Assembly: GCA_040757035.1 (NCBI GenBank) | Contig: JBFLYM010000001.1 | Span: 12,222 to 76,221 of the forward strand | Length of the DNA stretch: 64,000 nucleotides | Direction: 5' to 3' | Source of the DNA: Candidatus Micrarchaeota archaeon | GTDB taxonomy: Archaea; Micrarchaeota; Micrarchaeia; Anstonellales; Bilamarchaeaceae | Shown: in pieces, positions 9,243 through 18,458 of the stretch | Layout: the number at the start of each line of letters is the position of its first letter | How positions within the stretch are numbered: position 1 is the first letter of the stretch | Program-made: the position numbers and the translations under genes | The notes under the pieces: model-generated | Seen by the model: only the letters and a program-made list of their open reading frames with translations | The model's database searches: none | Told to the model about the DNA's origin: nothing

Positions 9243-11432
9243 TCAATCTAAGAAATCGGCTGGCGTTGGCGGCTCTGGTTTGTCGCCCTTTCTTTCTCTT
9301 ATTTGTTTCACTATTTTTGCTACAAGATCTTTTGGCATTACTTCATAACCAGCATATTCTTGGTATGGTACCGCTTTACCTTGAGTTGTTGAACGAAGTT
9401 CGCTTCCGAACCCAAACATTTCTGCGACAGGCATTTTTATTATTATATTTGTATACTCGCCATCTTGTTGCATATCTAAAAGTTGCCCTCTTTTTCCTTG
9501 GATAAGCGTAACCACATTGCCAGCATATTCTTGTGGAACATTTATGGTTATTTTTTGTTTTGGTTCAAGAAGAGTGACACCTGCAATAAGCATGGTGGCA
9601 TAAATTGGTCTTTTTGTTGTAGGAAGCATTTGCGCAGGTCCGCGATGAACATTGTCTTCATGAAGCAGTACATCTGTAAGTATAACCTTTACTCCAGTTA
9701 CTCTTTCTTTTGCGAGCGGACCTTTATCCATCGCTTCCTCAAATCCTTGAATAATAAGTTCTTCAACTTCATTAAGATATTGTACGCCCTTGGTCGCATT
9801 CACAAGCACATTTTTATTATAAATGTCCCAAACGCCTTTTGCTTCATTGCGCACCATTCCGGCAGTGACAAGTGCCTCTACAATTTCTTTTCCTTTTGGT
9901 CTACCATCTGGAATTATACCCTCTTCCAGTGCAGCGATTATTTCTGGTTGAAGCGGCTCAACTATAAGCTTTATCTTATTATGCTTGTTTGGTGATTTTC
10001 CTTCTACTTCTGGTGATTGTGATGTAATGGTTTCTCTATACACCACGACTGGAGGAGATGTTTTAATTTCAAGTTTTTTTTCATTCTTTATTTTGTATTC
10101 AATAATCTCTAAATGAAGTTCGCCCATACCGCTTATAAGGTGTTCTCCAGTTTCTTGATTAAGCTCAATTTTGAGAGTTGGGTCTTCTTTTTTTATTCCT
10201 CTTAATACCTCTACGAGTCTGGCAAGATTTTTGCTTTCCTTTGCCTCTATGGACTTTGTAATAACTGGTTCGGCGTAATGTTTGATTTGTTCAAACGGAG
10301 TTATTATTTCCGTTGAGATCGTTTCGCCAACATAAAGATCCTTTAACCCAACTATTGCGCCAATGTTTCCGGCGCTTACATGTTCTGCTTGAACTCTATC
10401 AGGACCCATATAAATTGCAATTTGCTGAACTTTTGAAAATTGTTTTTTTGAAGATATATACACTTGGTCTCCTTTTTTTATTGTGCCTGAGAATAATCTT
10501 ACTACTCCAACTTCACCAGCATGCTCATCATAAACTACTCCAAAGCAAATGCCGACTATTTTACCTTTGGCATCGCACATACTCATTTCTTTTCCAATTT
10601 CTGAAGTGATATCGCCTTTCCAAAGAATAGGAATTCTATACGCTTGGGCCTTGGTTGGACTTGGTAAATGAGTTATAACCATTTCAAGAAGTACTTCGTC
10701 CAAAGGCGATTTTTCTATGAGGAATTTGTGTTCGCTTAATTGCACTTTATTTATTATATCCTTGAATGTAATATTGAATCTCTTCATTGATGATATGCTG
10801 ACTGCCCATTTGTTGTATGCACTTCCGAACGCAATATTTCCTTTATTCACATCTATAGTCCACTCGCTTATAAACTCTTTTGGAGCATTTGCAATGATTA
10901 TTTTATTTATTCCGGCAAGAATTTTCATAAATCTTTGTTGCATTGATTGTGGATCCAATTTAAGTTCGTTGATAAGGCGATCAACTTTATTGATGAATAC
11001 GGTCGGTTGCGCGCGTTCTTTTATCGCTTGTCTTAACACAGCTTCGGTTTGCGGCATTATTCCTTCCACAGCGTCAATTACCAGAACTACGCCATCTACC
11101 GCTCTTAACGCTCTTGTAACATGTCCTCCAAAATCTACATGACCGGGCGTATCAATTAAATTAATGAGATAATCTTTTCCCTGAAACTGAAATCCAAGCG
11201 AAATATTTGCGGACTTAATAGTAATGCCACGCGCTTGTTCTTGTTCATCAAAATCCATAACGCGTTGTTCGCCTGCGAGCTCTTTTGAAATAAGTCCCGC
11301 TCTCGCAATAAGCGAATCCGTGAGCGTAGATTTTCCATGATCAACATGCGCAATAATGGCTATATTGCGCACATTACTCAAATGATCCATAAGTTTTTGC
11401 ACTTCTTCAACTACAAATTCTTTTCGTACCAT
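9243..11432 (-). CDS. fusA: Elongation factor 2 (aEF-2).
   Basis: G-domain motifs AHVDHGKST, DTPGHVDF and NKVDR. Full five-domain length. The likely start is MVRKEF. Confidence 0.9.
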   Translation of the reverse strand: MVRKEFVVEEVQKLMDHLSNVRNIAIIAHVDHGKSTLTDSLIARAGLISKELAGEQRVMDFDEQEQARGITIKSANISLGFQFQGKDYLINLIDTPGHVDFGGHVTRALRAVDGVVLVIDAVEGIMPQTEAVLRQAIKERAQPTVFINKVDRLINELKLDPQSMQQRFMKILAGINKIIIANAPKEFISEWTIDVNKGNIAFGSAYNKWAVSISSMKRFNITFKDIINKVQLSEHKFLIEKSPLDEVLLEMVITHLPSPTKAQAYRIPILWKGDITSEIGKEMSMCDAKGKIVGICFGVVYDEHAGEVGVVRLFSGTIKKGDQVYISSKKQFSKVQQIAIYMGPDRVQAEHVSAGNIGAIVGLKDLYVGETISTEIITPFEQIKHYAEPVITKSIEAKESKNLARLVEVLRGIKKEDPTLKIELNQETGEHLISGMGELHLEIIEYKIKNEKKLEIKTSPPVVVYRETITSQSPEVEGKSPNKHNKIKLIVEPLQPEIIAALEEGIIPDGRPKGKEIVEALVTAGMVRNEAKGVWDIYNKNVLVNATKGVQYLNEVEELIIQGFEEAMDKGPLAKERVTGVKVILTDVLLHEDNVHRGPAQMLPTTKRPIYATMLIAGVTLLEPKQKITINVPQEYAGNVVTLIQGKRGQLLDMQQDGEYTNIIIKMPVAEMFGFGSELRSTTQGKAVPYQEYAGYEVMPKDLVAKIVKQIRERKGDKPEPPTPADFLD

Positions 11433-11477
11433 AAAATCACTGAACAACGCGCTAAATCTTTATTTTCGCTTCTTGCT

Positions 11478-12083
11478 CTACCTTGCGCTTCTTGCCATTC
11501 TCTCCATTTCATCTCTTTTTCTCATAGCATAACTAGAATGCAGATCTCCTTTTGCAGTTGAGAGTATTTCATTCGCTAACGCAATATCCAAAGCTTTGTT
11601 TTTATTAAAGCTTCCCATTATCGCAGCGAGCGTGATATTGCGTAACGCGAGATCAAGTCTGCGCGTCCCGGAAATATCTGTGGCAACTTGATAACTTACT
11701 CCACCCAACGCTACTCTGGTTACATCCTCGCGCGGTGCTGAATTTTGGAGTGCCTTTATTAGCACCTGTATCGGATTTTCGTTTGTCTGTTTCGCGATAA
11801 TATCAAACGCGTTTTCAACCAAGCGAAGCGCCTTAATCTTTTTACCCTGCATTTTTCCTCCAGTACGGATAACCTTTCCACCTGTTTTTTCTCCTGTTCC
11901 ACCTCTCATAAGTTTGTTTGCGAGTCGTTCCACAATATTTATTTTTTGTTTTGCGAATGGTTTTTTTGCATGTCTTCCATGGCTATGCGGAACATTTATC
12001 GGTTTAAGCGAAATTGTTTGTTTAAGCGACAGGTCTGTTATTTCAATTCCATCTGTTTCATATTTTCCAAAAATTTTCATCAC
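11478..12083 (-). CDS. rps7: 30S ribosomal protein S7 (uS7).
   Basis: …LRLVENAFDIIAKQT…VALGGVSYQVATDISGTRRLDLALRN… is diagnostic of S7. Confidence 0.85.
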   Translation of the reverse strand: MMKIFGKYETDGIEITDLSLKQTISLKPINVPHSHGRHAKKPFAKQKINIVERLANKLMRGGTGEKTGGKVIRTGGKMQGKKIKALRLVENAFDIIAKQTNENPIQVLIKALQNSAPREDVTRVALGGVSYQVATDISGTRRLDLALRNITLAAIMGSFNKNKALDIALANEILSTAKGDLHSSYAMRKRDEMERMARSAR

Positions 12084-12178
12084 ATTACCTCTTACTTTTT
12101 ACTTTTTCAGATTATCTTTTTAGCCCTTTTATCCATCTTATGTTATCTTCTAAATCATTTCCTGAGTCATCTTCTAAG

Positions 12179-12607
12179 TTATCTTCTTGGTTTTTCCTTT
12201 CTCTTTTTTCTAAGCATTTGTAAATCAACTCCGTTTACTGCGATAACTTTGTATCTGACGCCTGGGACAGAGCCCATTTGACCGCGTTGCGAACCTCCCA
12301 TACCTGCTATAAGCACTTCATCATGCTCATCTATATAAGTAATAGCCTTTTCCCGCGTTGCGTGTGCGGTAACTGTTTTACCATTTTTAACCAACTGAAC
12401 TTTGACGCATTTAATAAGACCAGAATGCGGCTGTTTTTGCTCTAGAATTACTTTTTCAAGTACAATTCCTTTTGCCATTGGCGAGCCTTCAAGCGGATCA
12501 AATTTGGATTTAAGTTTTAGTGCTCTTCTTTTCCACCGTTTAGATAACCATCTATAAAGCTTTCTTTTTCTCTTAAGATTTCTGCCAGCATATTCTCCAT
12601 TTCCCAT
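12179..12607 (-). CDS. rps12: 30S ribosomal protein S12 (uS12).
   Basis: …VTAHATREKAITYIDEHDEVLIAGMGG…VPGVRYKVIAVNGV… matches S12. A GGTGA Shine-Dalgarno sits about 11 nt upstream. Confidence 0.9.
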   Translation of the reverse strand: MGNGEYAGRNLKRKRKLYRWLSKRWKRRALKLKSKFDPLEGSPMAKGIVLEKVILEQKQPHSGLIKCVKVQLVKNGKTVTAHATREKAITYIDEHDEVLIAGMGGSQRGQMGSVPGVRYKVIAVNGVDLQMLRKKRKEKPRR

Positions 12608-12837
12608 TGTTTCACCTAAATTTCTACTGTCTAAAGACCATAGAAATTTACAATTTACTATTTTATTATTATACTATGGATACCATACTATAATACTATT
12701 ATTTTAACATTTAATATTCTAAAAATATTTAAAATGTAGATTGTAGAAAATATAAATATATATCTAGTTTAATAATTATTGTGTTTACTATATTTATATT
12801 ATATCAAAATTCAATAAAAAACTAGAAAGTAATTACC

Positions 12838-15165
12838 ATGGAAATGACAAATAAAACAATAATAATATTAATACTAATTTTGATCGCAGTTTTTACTGTA
12901 ATTTATTTCGTTCAAAATTGGATTGGTAATTTGCCTTCCGCTGTTTGTTATGATTCCGATGACGGGAGAGATTACTCTGTAAAGGGAATTGTTACTTATG
13001 GTTTGGAAAGTAAAACAGATACGTGTGCATATTGTACTGGTCTGTGTATACGTGGAAGTGATAGAAAATGCAAAAGTTCTTGTGGAGCAGTAGTAGAATA
13101 TTATTGCGAAAACAACAAAATTAAATCTAAGACTTACGTCTGTGGAAATGGAAGTACTTGTAAAGATGGGGCTTGCATTTTTGTTACATCAAACACAAAA
13201 CCTCAAAACACAAAACCTTCGTGTGGCAATGGGATTTGTGAGCAGGGAGAAACAATACAAACGTGTCCCGATGATTGTGCAACGCTTTCCTGTGTCTCAC
13301 TTCCTGAAGAATGGGGGATTCACGGTTTTAACAAATGCACCTTTACCAGTGGCTCTACTTCTGAATGGCCAATTTTAACCAGGTACAATTCCGCTACGGA
13401 TAGCTATGATCCGTATGGTTTTGATGTGGATCCTCATTGCCAGTTTCCTTTCTGTAATGAAAAAAGCACAAAAATCGATTATAATGAATATGCGTTTGAG
13501 ATTACGGCAGATTACGCTCCAACTCCAGATGATGTAAAAAGAGTAATCGCTTTCATCGAATCACTTGGTTATAAAGTTGATATTTACAATGATGTTAGTG
13601 GTGTGATTAGCGACGGTTCAAATCCTAATGTCCAGATTGTTAATAATTTTAGAACAGGGTTGGGCACTACTAATGTCGGGAATACGAAAAATAGCTTGGC
13701 TCATTTTATCTTTCCTCCAAATTTCTCAAAAAAAGATAAATTACCGATTTTAGTTAATAATTTGGGATCTGGTTCTACACCAATTCGTTTTCTTTATAAA
13801 GAATTCGGTAAAGAATTCGGGGTCTCGCTTTTACTTGAAGTTGTAGCCAAATCTAAAGAAGCGGGTAGAACTGGCATTATTGGCGTTATTCCTGCTGCAG
13901 GAGGACAGGGCTCGCAGGGTCATAATGAAGAATCGCTCGATGCCTTTGCTGAAACAATCACATATCTTAAACAAAACTTCAATGCTGATAATAATAAAAT
14001 TATTATGTTTGGTAGCTCTCGTGGAGGCGGAACTACCTTAATCAGAACCGCTAATCCTAAGGGACATGATTATAATGTTACTGCATTATTCCCTACTGCT
14101 CCACCAACTGCTGTTGGAAGTATGGCATCATTAGAGTCTGTTAATATTATTGCAATAGACCATTATTACCAAATGTTTAATGGTTGGTTGTATTATCCAA
14201 ACTATACCGCAACCAAGAACGCTTGGAAATATAATTCAAAATATCCACCGCATACTCTTCAGGCGAGCGCGTGTAAGCCATTATTTAATGTTACTAATAT
14301 AGATGAAGCGGATGCAAGATCAGCAATTGGCTATGCCGATTATCAACATTTTGGTGGAAAATATATAGTCCTTAGCTACGGGACACATGATTATGTAATT
14401 CCTTATCACCTTTCAATTAAATTTGATGAGGCTTTGAGAAAAGCAGATATCCCTCATAAAACATGTATTTTTCTTAAAGAAGGCCATGGTGACGGTAGTA
14501 AAAGATGTATGAAGGAGGAGCTGGAAAAATATGTTTTAGATTATTTGACAAAAGGGATAAGTCCTCAATTACCAAATGGTCGTTATTATTATGTTGCTAA
14601 TATTACAAAACATACTTCAGAATCTGCTTTTTACATGGGAAATGAAAATGAAGGCATTACACTTCCTTTTACAGCAATTATCCCGGCTAGTTTAGACAGT
14701 AAAATAGATTTTGCTGGATATCAAAATGAATACATTGGTAAGCAACAACCAGCAGATCTTATTTTGGTTGGAGCAAAAGGAAAATCCTTCAAAGTTCAGC
14801 TTTTGGATGCGAATCATAATTTTTTAAAAGAGTGGAGCGGTATTTTTGGTCAGAACACTAGTGGTGAAGAGTACCATGTTATCAAAAGTATTCAATTTGA
14901 GTGTCCAGATACTTGTGATTATTACTGGAAATTTTGGTTTGATGGTAAGGAAATCAGTCCTTATAATACCCCCTTTGCTGATAACTCGGGAAAGCCAAAA
15001 GAGGCTATTACTAAAGTAACCACCTGGCAGCCATATATTGATGAAGTGGTAAAGTATTTAGGCTGGGAAAATCTACTTATGGGTATAACCAGCATACCTA
15101 CGTGTGGAAATCATATCCGCGAGCAATGGGAAAACGAATTAATTTGTCCTGAAGATTTCACCTAA
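12838..15165 (+). CDS. Secreted or membrane-anchored protein with an N-terminal Cys-rich module and an alpha/beta-hydrolase-like domain (S9/esterase-like).
   Basis: N-terminal TM/signal anchor (IIILILILIAVFTVIYF). About 20 Cys in the first 170 aa, with CxxC-like spacing. Candidate nucleophile elbow GSSRGG. Downstream Asp/His candidates (GTHDYVIPYH). Confidence 0.5.
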   Translation: MEMTNKTIIILILILIAVFTVIYFVQNWIGNLPSAVCYDSDDGRDYSVKGIVTYGLESKTDTCAYCTGLCIRGSDRKCKSSCGAVVEYYCENNKIKSKTYVCGNGSTCKDGACIFVTSNTKPQNTKPSCGNGICEQGETIQTCPDDCATLSCVSLPEEWGIHGFNKCTFTSGSTSEWPILTRYNSATDSYDPYGFDVDPHCQFPFCNEKSTKIDYNEYAFEITADYAPTPDDVKRVIAFIESLGYKVDIYNDVSGVISDGSNPNVQIVNNFRTGLGTTNVGNTKNSLAHFIFPPNFSKKDKLPILVNNLGSGSTPIRFLYKEFGKEFGVSLLLEVVAKSKEAGRTGIIGVIPAAGGQGSQGHNEESLDAFAETITYLKQNFNADNNKIIMFGSSRGGGTTLIRTANPKGHDYNVTALFPTAPPTAVGSMASLESVNIIAIDHYYQMFNGWLYYPNYTATKNAWKYNSKYPPHTLQASACKPLFNVTNIDEADARSAIGYADYQHFGGKYIVLSYGTHDYVIPYHLSIKFDEALRKADIPHKTCIFLKEGHGDGSKRCMKEELEKYVLDYLTKGISPQLPNGRYYYVANITKHTSESAFYMGNENEGITLPFTAIIPASLDSKIDFAGYQNEYIGKQQPADLILVGAKGKSFKVQLLDANHNFLKEWSGIFGQNTSGEEYHVIKSIQFECPDTCDYYWKFWFDGKEISPYNTPFADNSGKPKEAITKVTTWQPYIDEVVKYLGWENLLMGITSIPTCGNHIREQWENELICPEDFT

Positions 15166-15188
15166 ACAAGGGATTAAAATAAAACAAT

Positions 15189-15752
15189 TTATAAAAAATG
15201 GCCCATTCTTTCTTTTTTTGTTTTTAGATAATTTTTGTTGTGTTTGTTTGGTTTCATTACCAATGGAATTCGTTCAACAATTTCAATACCGTTCTTCTCA
15301 AGTCCTTCAATTTTTTTTGGATTGTTTGTAATCAGTTTTATTCGCCTTATTCCCATTTTTTTTAGTATTCTTGAAGCAATACTATACGTCCGCATATCGC
15401 TTTTAAATCCAAGTTGATGATTCGCTTCAACCGTATCAAATCCTTTATCTTGCAATTTATAGGTCTTAATTTTGTTCGCAAGTCCAATTCCTCGTCCTTC
15501 TTGATCAAGATAAAGAATTATTCCTGCGCCTTCCTTTTTTATTATTTCAATCGATTTTTTTAATTGTTCACCACAATCGCACCTAAGCGACTGAAAAACA
15601 TCACCGGTTGTACACCGCGAATGTATTCTGACCAACACTGGCAACGTATTTCTTATTTCCTTATATATAAGCAGAAGATTTCCATCTTTATCTGCATTTA
15701 AAATAAAATTTCCAAACTTCGTAGGAAAAAACATACCTTTCATTTCTAACAA
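15189..15752 (-). CDS. ribA: GTP cyclohydrolase II (bacterial-type RibA).
   Basis: Motifs RIHSRCTTGDVFQSLRCDCGEQL, …EGRGIGL…YKLQDKG.DTVEAN, and a C-terminal …MGHFL. Collinear with E. coli RibA. Confidence 0.8.
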   Translation of the reverse strand: MLEMKGMFFPTKFGNFILNADKDGNLLLIYKEIRNTLPVLVRIHSRCTTGDVFQSLRCDCGEQLKKSIEIIKKEGAGIILYLDQEGRGIGLANKIKTYKLQDKGFDTVEANHQLGFKSDMRTYSIASRILKKMGIRRIKLITNNPKKIEGLEKNGIEIVERIPLVMKPNKHNKNYLKTKKERMGHFL

Positions 15753-16108
15753 ACCATTGTTTCATCTTAAAGGGCGTATCTCAATTATATTATTTGCATA
15801 AGTTATCTATCAAAAGTTATCTATCAAGGGATTTAAAATAATAACATGTTTTCGTGGCTGTCGATAACAAAGATTTTTGTCATTTATGGAAGATTGAGTA
15901 ATTTCAATGTTATTAATTTCTGGAAAGTTGGTTTTATATATTATGTCTATGAAGTCATTTAGTCGAAAATAATTAGCTAAGCATAAAAATGTTACTTTAT
16001 GATGTAAAATAGTAATATTAGCGTAATACTCATATCTATTATTGTTGTACGTATTTGACGAAAATCGTATATTGGTACAGGTTATATTTTGTAATATATT
16101 GCAAGAGT

Positions 16109-17041
16109 TTATAAATATTCCGTAAATGATTTCACCATCTTCACGGCAGCTCGAACAGCCCTTTGTGCATAATCTTTTTTTCTTTCTTCTGCTTGTTTTT
16201 CGTCAGCGATAGTTATTATTCCAAGGCTTATTGGTTTGTTGTTTTGAAGAGAAAGTTCCATTATTTTCTGTACAGCGGATTTTGCTATAATTCTATCATG
16301 CATTGTTTCGCCCTTTTTCACGTATCCAAGCGTCACAACCGCATCAATTTTTTTTTCGCAAAGAAGTTTTTTTACGCCAAGTGGAATTTCAAACACACCT
16401 GGCACTCTTATTATTGAATGCACCACTGCTTTTTCGTTTTTTGCTTCTTCAAGTGCAAAGTCAAGCATTGCATTTGTGAATGTATTGTTGAATTCGCCTA
16501 CAACTATGCCAAGAACAATCGGCCTTTCAATCAGACTTATTTCGCCTTCATCTTCTCGCCCTTGACGTATTCCTTTTCCAGCATATTGTATTAATTCGCC
16601 TGGATTTGTCGCTAATAAAATCGCGTTGTGCGCGTGTTTTCGCACTCTATTCTCGCAAATTATATAGAATTCTTCCTCGCTCCACGCTTCATTTTCATGC
16701 ACGAATACCTCTATTATGTGTTTGTTTGTCATGAGTTTGGTATTCATTATTCCAAGCGAAGCTTCGTGTGCACATTGAGTATCTATTGTCGCACCTCCAA
16801 CCATTCCGAGCGCCAAACATATATCGCACCCAGAATCAAGAAGTTTTTTGCATTCTGGAGGCAAATCCTTTACTCCAGGAACAGTGGTTCTAATAATTTC
16901 CACATCTGGATAATTATTTTTTGTTTTCTTTGTTTTCTTTGTTTTTTTTATTTCATCTATCGCAATTGCGCCCATATTCACGCGCGAGAACATCGTGTCC
17001 ACAATCCCGATTTTTACTTTATTTTTTACCATAGATATCAC
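16109..17041 (-). CDS. ribC/ribH: Fused archaeal-type riboflavin synthase (RibC, N-terminal ~165 aa) and 6,7-dimethyl-8-ribityllumazine synthase (RibH, C-terminal ~145 aa).
   Basis: The N-terminus KIGIVDTMFSRVNMGAIAI…TVPGVKDLP…CAHEASLG…LMTNKHIIEVFVHENE…GKGIRQGREDEGE aligns with M. jannaschii RibC. The C-terminus …GIVVGEFN…VPGVFEIPLGVKKLL…DAVVTLGYVKKGETMHDRI…RAVRAAVKMVK aligns with lumazine synthase. One uninterrupted 310-codon frame. Confidence 0.75.
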   Translation of the reverse strand: MISMVKNKVKIGIVDTMFSRVNMGAIAIDEIKKTKKTKKTKNNYPDVEIIRTTVPGVKDLPPECKKLLDSGCDICLALGMVGGATIDTQCAHEASLGIMNTKLMTNKHIIEVFVHENEAWSEEEFYIICENRVRKHAHNAILLATNPGELIQYAGKGIRQGREDEGEISLIERPIVLGIVVGEFNNTFTNAMLDFALEEAKNEKAVVHSIIRVPGVFEIPLGVKKLLCEKKIDAVVTLGYVKKGETMHDRIIAKSAVQKIMELSLQNNKPISLGIITIADEKQAEERKKDYAQRAVRAAVKMVKSFTEYL

Positions 17042-17705
17042 TTCCTTTGATAAATGGAATATTGTTTTGTTTTGCGTATTTCATTGCTTGTTTTTTTGTG
17101 AGTGCGTTGCCTCTTCCGAGCATTTCGCACATTACTATTGTTTCGCTCATTCCTGCGAGTTCGCTAAACTTCAGACCAATTTCTGTATGACCGCGGCGAT
17201 TTTCAATTCCTCTTCCAATAAGAAGAAAAACATGGCCAGGACTATAAAAGTTTTTTTCAAATTCTTTTTTTTTGTTTGCGTTTTTGTTTGCGTGCTCCTT
17301 GTTTACACTTTCTACAACTTTTGCGAATTCACGTATAGTCAACGCTCTATCATTGTCTGTTATTCCTGTGAATACTCTTTTATGATTTATTGCAATAGAA
17401 AATGCTGGTTCGTCACCGTAAGCAGTCTTTATGCATATTATCCGAGTCATTCCATAAGCTTTCATAATTTCGCTTATAAATCTAAGCCCGATTTGTTCTG
17501 CAAGCGTCTTTCCCACTGCCATACAAATAAGTCCGCCAGCATCTTTCCTAAGCGTTTCTATTTTCTCTGGAGTAACAAACTTTGGATGAAACACCAAGTC
17601 TGCTTCACCCTCTCGTTTATCATCATCATAAATGACTATGAAATTTCCATTTCTAAACTTATTCAATGCGTTTTCCAATATTTTTCTCATGCATCTAATC
17701 AGCAC
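17019..17705 (-). CDS. ribB: 3,4-dihydroxy-2-butanone-4-phosphate synthase (RibB).
   Basis: DDDKREGEADLV, GGLICMA and RRGHTE motifs. Overlaps the downstream ribC/ribH ORF by 23 nt. Confidence 0.85.
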   Translation of the reverse strand: MLIRCMRKILENALNKFRNGNFIVIYDDDKREGEADLVFHPKFVTPEKIETLRKDAGGLICMAVGKTLAEQIGLRFISEIMKAYGMTRIICIKTAYGDEPAFSIAINHKRVFTGITDNDRALTIREFAKVVESVNKEHANKNANKKKEFEKNFYSPGHVFLLIGRGIENRRGHTEIGLKFSELAGMSETIVMCEMLGRGNALTKKQAMKYAKQNNIPFIKGSDIYGKK

Positions 17706-17780
17706 GATTAACTATTTATAAATATTGACTGTATAAATATTGACTGCAATATAAACAGTCGATATGAACGGCTGATGTAA

Positions 17781-18021
17781 ATATACCGATCCACTAAAAA
17801 AACGTGGATCGCATATACTCATAAACCTTCACGGCCTAAAGGCCGTAGCTTCCTTAAAATGATAAAATGACAATGCAAAGGCATATTTGCCTTTAGGGGA
17901 AGCCGTAGGAAAGGAAGCCCGGTTCTCATCCTAAGGCACAAACGCCTTAGGCTTCCGAACCGTGGAGGTTTACCAATCGAGATAAAACCTAAAAAACAAA
18001 ACCGGAAAAACTTAGTTGGTT
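17781..18021 (+). repeat. Family-B repeat, long form (copy B2). MITE-like, with ATATAC/GTATAT termini. Its 3' end overlaps the aIF2beta start.
   Basis: 5' hairpin gatccactaaaaaaacgtggatc. Internal paired helices (ccttcacgg…ccgtggagg). 3' terminus aaaaacttagttggtt-gaGTATA. B3 and B4 are internal-deletion variants of the same sequence. Confidence 0.55.
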
Positions 18022-18454
18022 GAGTATAGCATTGAATATTGGTGATTTTATAAAAAAATATGAAGATTTGCTTGATGCTGCGTATAAAAGTATTCCTAAA
18101 GAGCTTTATAGCGGCTCACGATTTGAAATTATGAAATTGGAATCATTTACCGAAGGTACAAAAACTATAGTCAAGAATTTTGGTCAAGCAATGGATACGA
18201 TAAGGCGCGATCGCAAAGATGTGATGAAATTCCTTTCCAAAGAACTTGCTGTTCCAATTAATAGCGACGGTGATAGACTTATCTTACAAAGAAAATTCTT
18301 TGGCGACCTAATAAACAAAAAATTTGAAGATTATGTCAATCTTTACGTATTATGTAAGCAATGTAAAAAACCAGATACTCATATAGAAGAGATAGGACAC
18401 GGTGTTAAAAACATAATTTGCGAAGCGTGTGGTGCAAGACATTCGATTAAGTGA
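18020..18454 (+). CDS. eif2b: Translation initiation factor 2 beta subunit (aIF2beta). Non-ATG (TTG) start.
   Basis: …YEDLLDAAY…ELAVP…LILQRKF… and the C-terminal zinc ribbon CKQCKKPDT…CEACGA. Confidence 0.8.
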   Translation: MSIALNIGDFIKKYEDLLDAAYKSIPKELYSGSRFEIMKLESFTEGTKTIVKNFGQAMDTIRRDRKDVMKFLSKELAVPINSDGDRLILQRKFFGDLINKKFEDYVNLYVLCKQCKKPDTHIEEIGHGVKNIICEACGARHSIK

Positions 18455-18458
18455 TATT

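Noticed and set aside
9483-11142. Several 100-170-aa plus-strand ORFs inside the EF-2 gene.
   Set aside because: They are antisense to a highly conserved full-length aEF-2 and their translations are low-complexity.
16921-16945. Repeat-like tract ttgttttctttgttttctttg.
   Set aside because: It encodes the KKTKKTKKTK linker inside the ribC/ribH ORF. It is a coding low-complexity tract, not a regulatory repeat.
17706-18019. Family-B long form as a known structured ncRNA (RNase P RNA, SRP RNA, tRNA).
   Set aside because: There are no P4-type RNase P motifs, no SRP helix-8 motif and no tRNA cloverleaf. A bona fide SRP RNA candidate lies elsewhere. I kept it as a repeat of unknown function.
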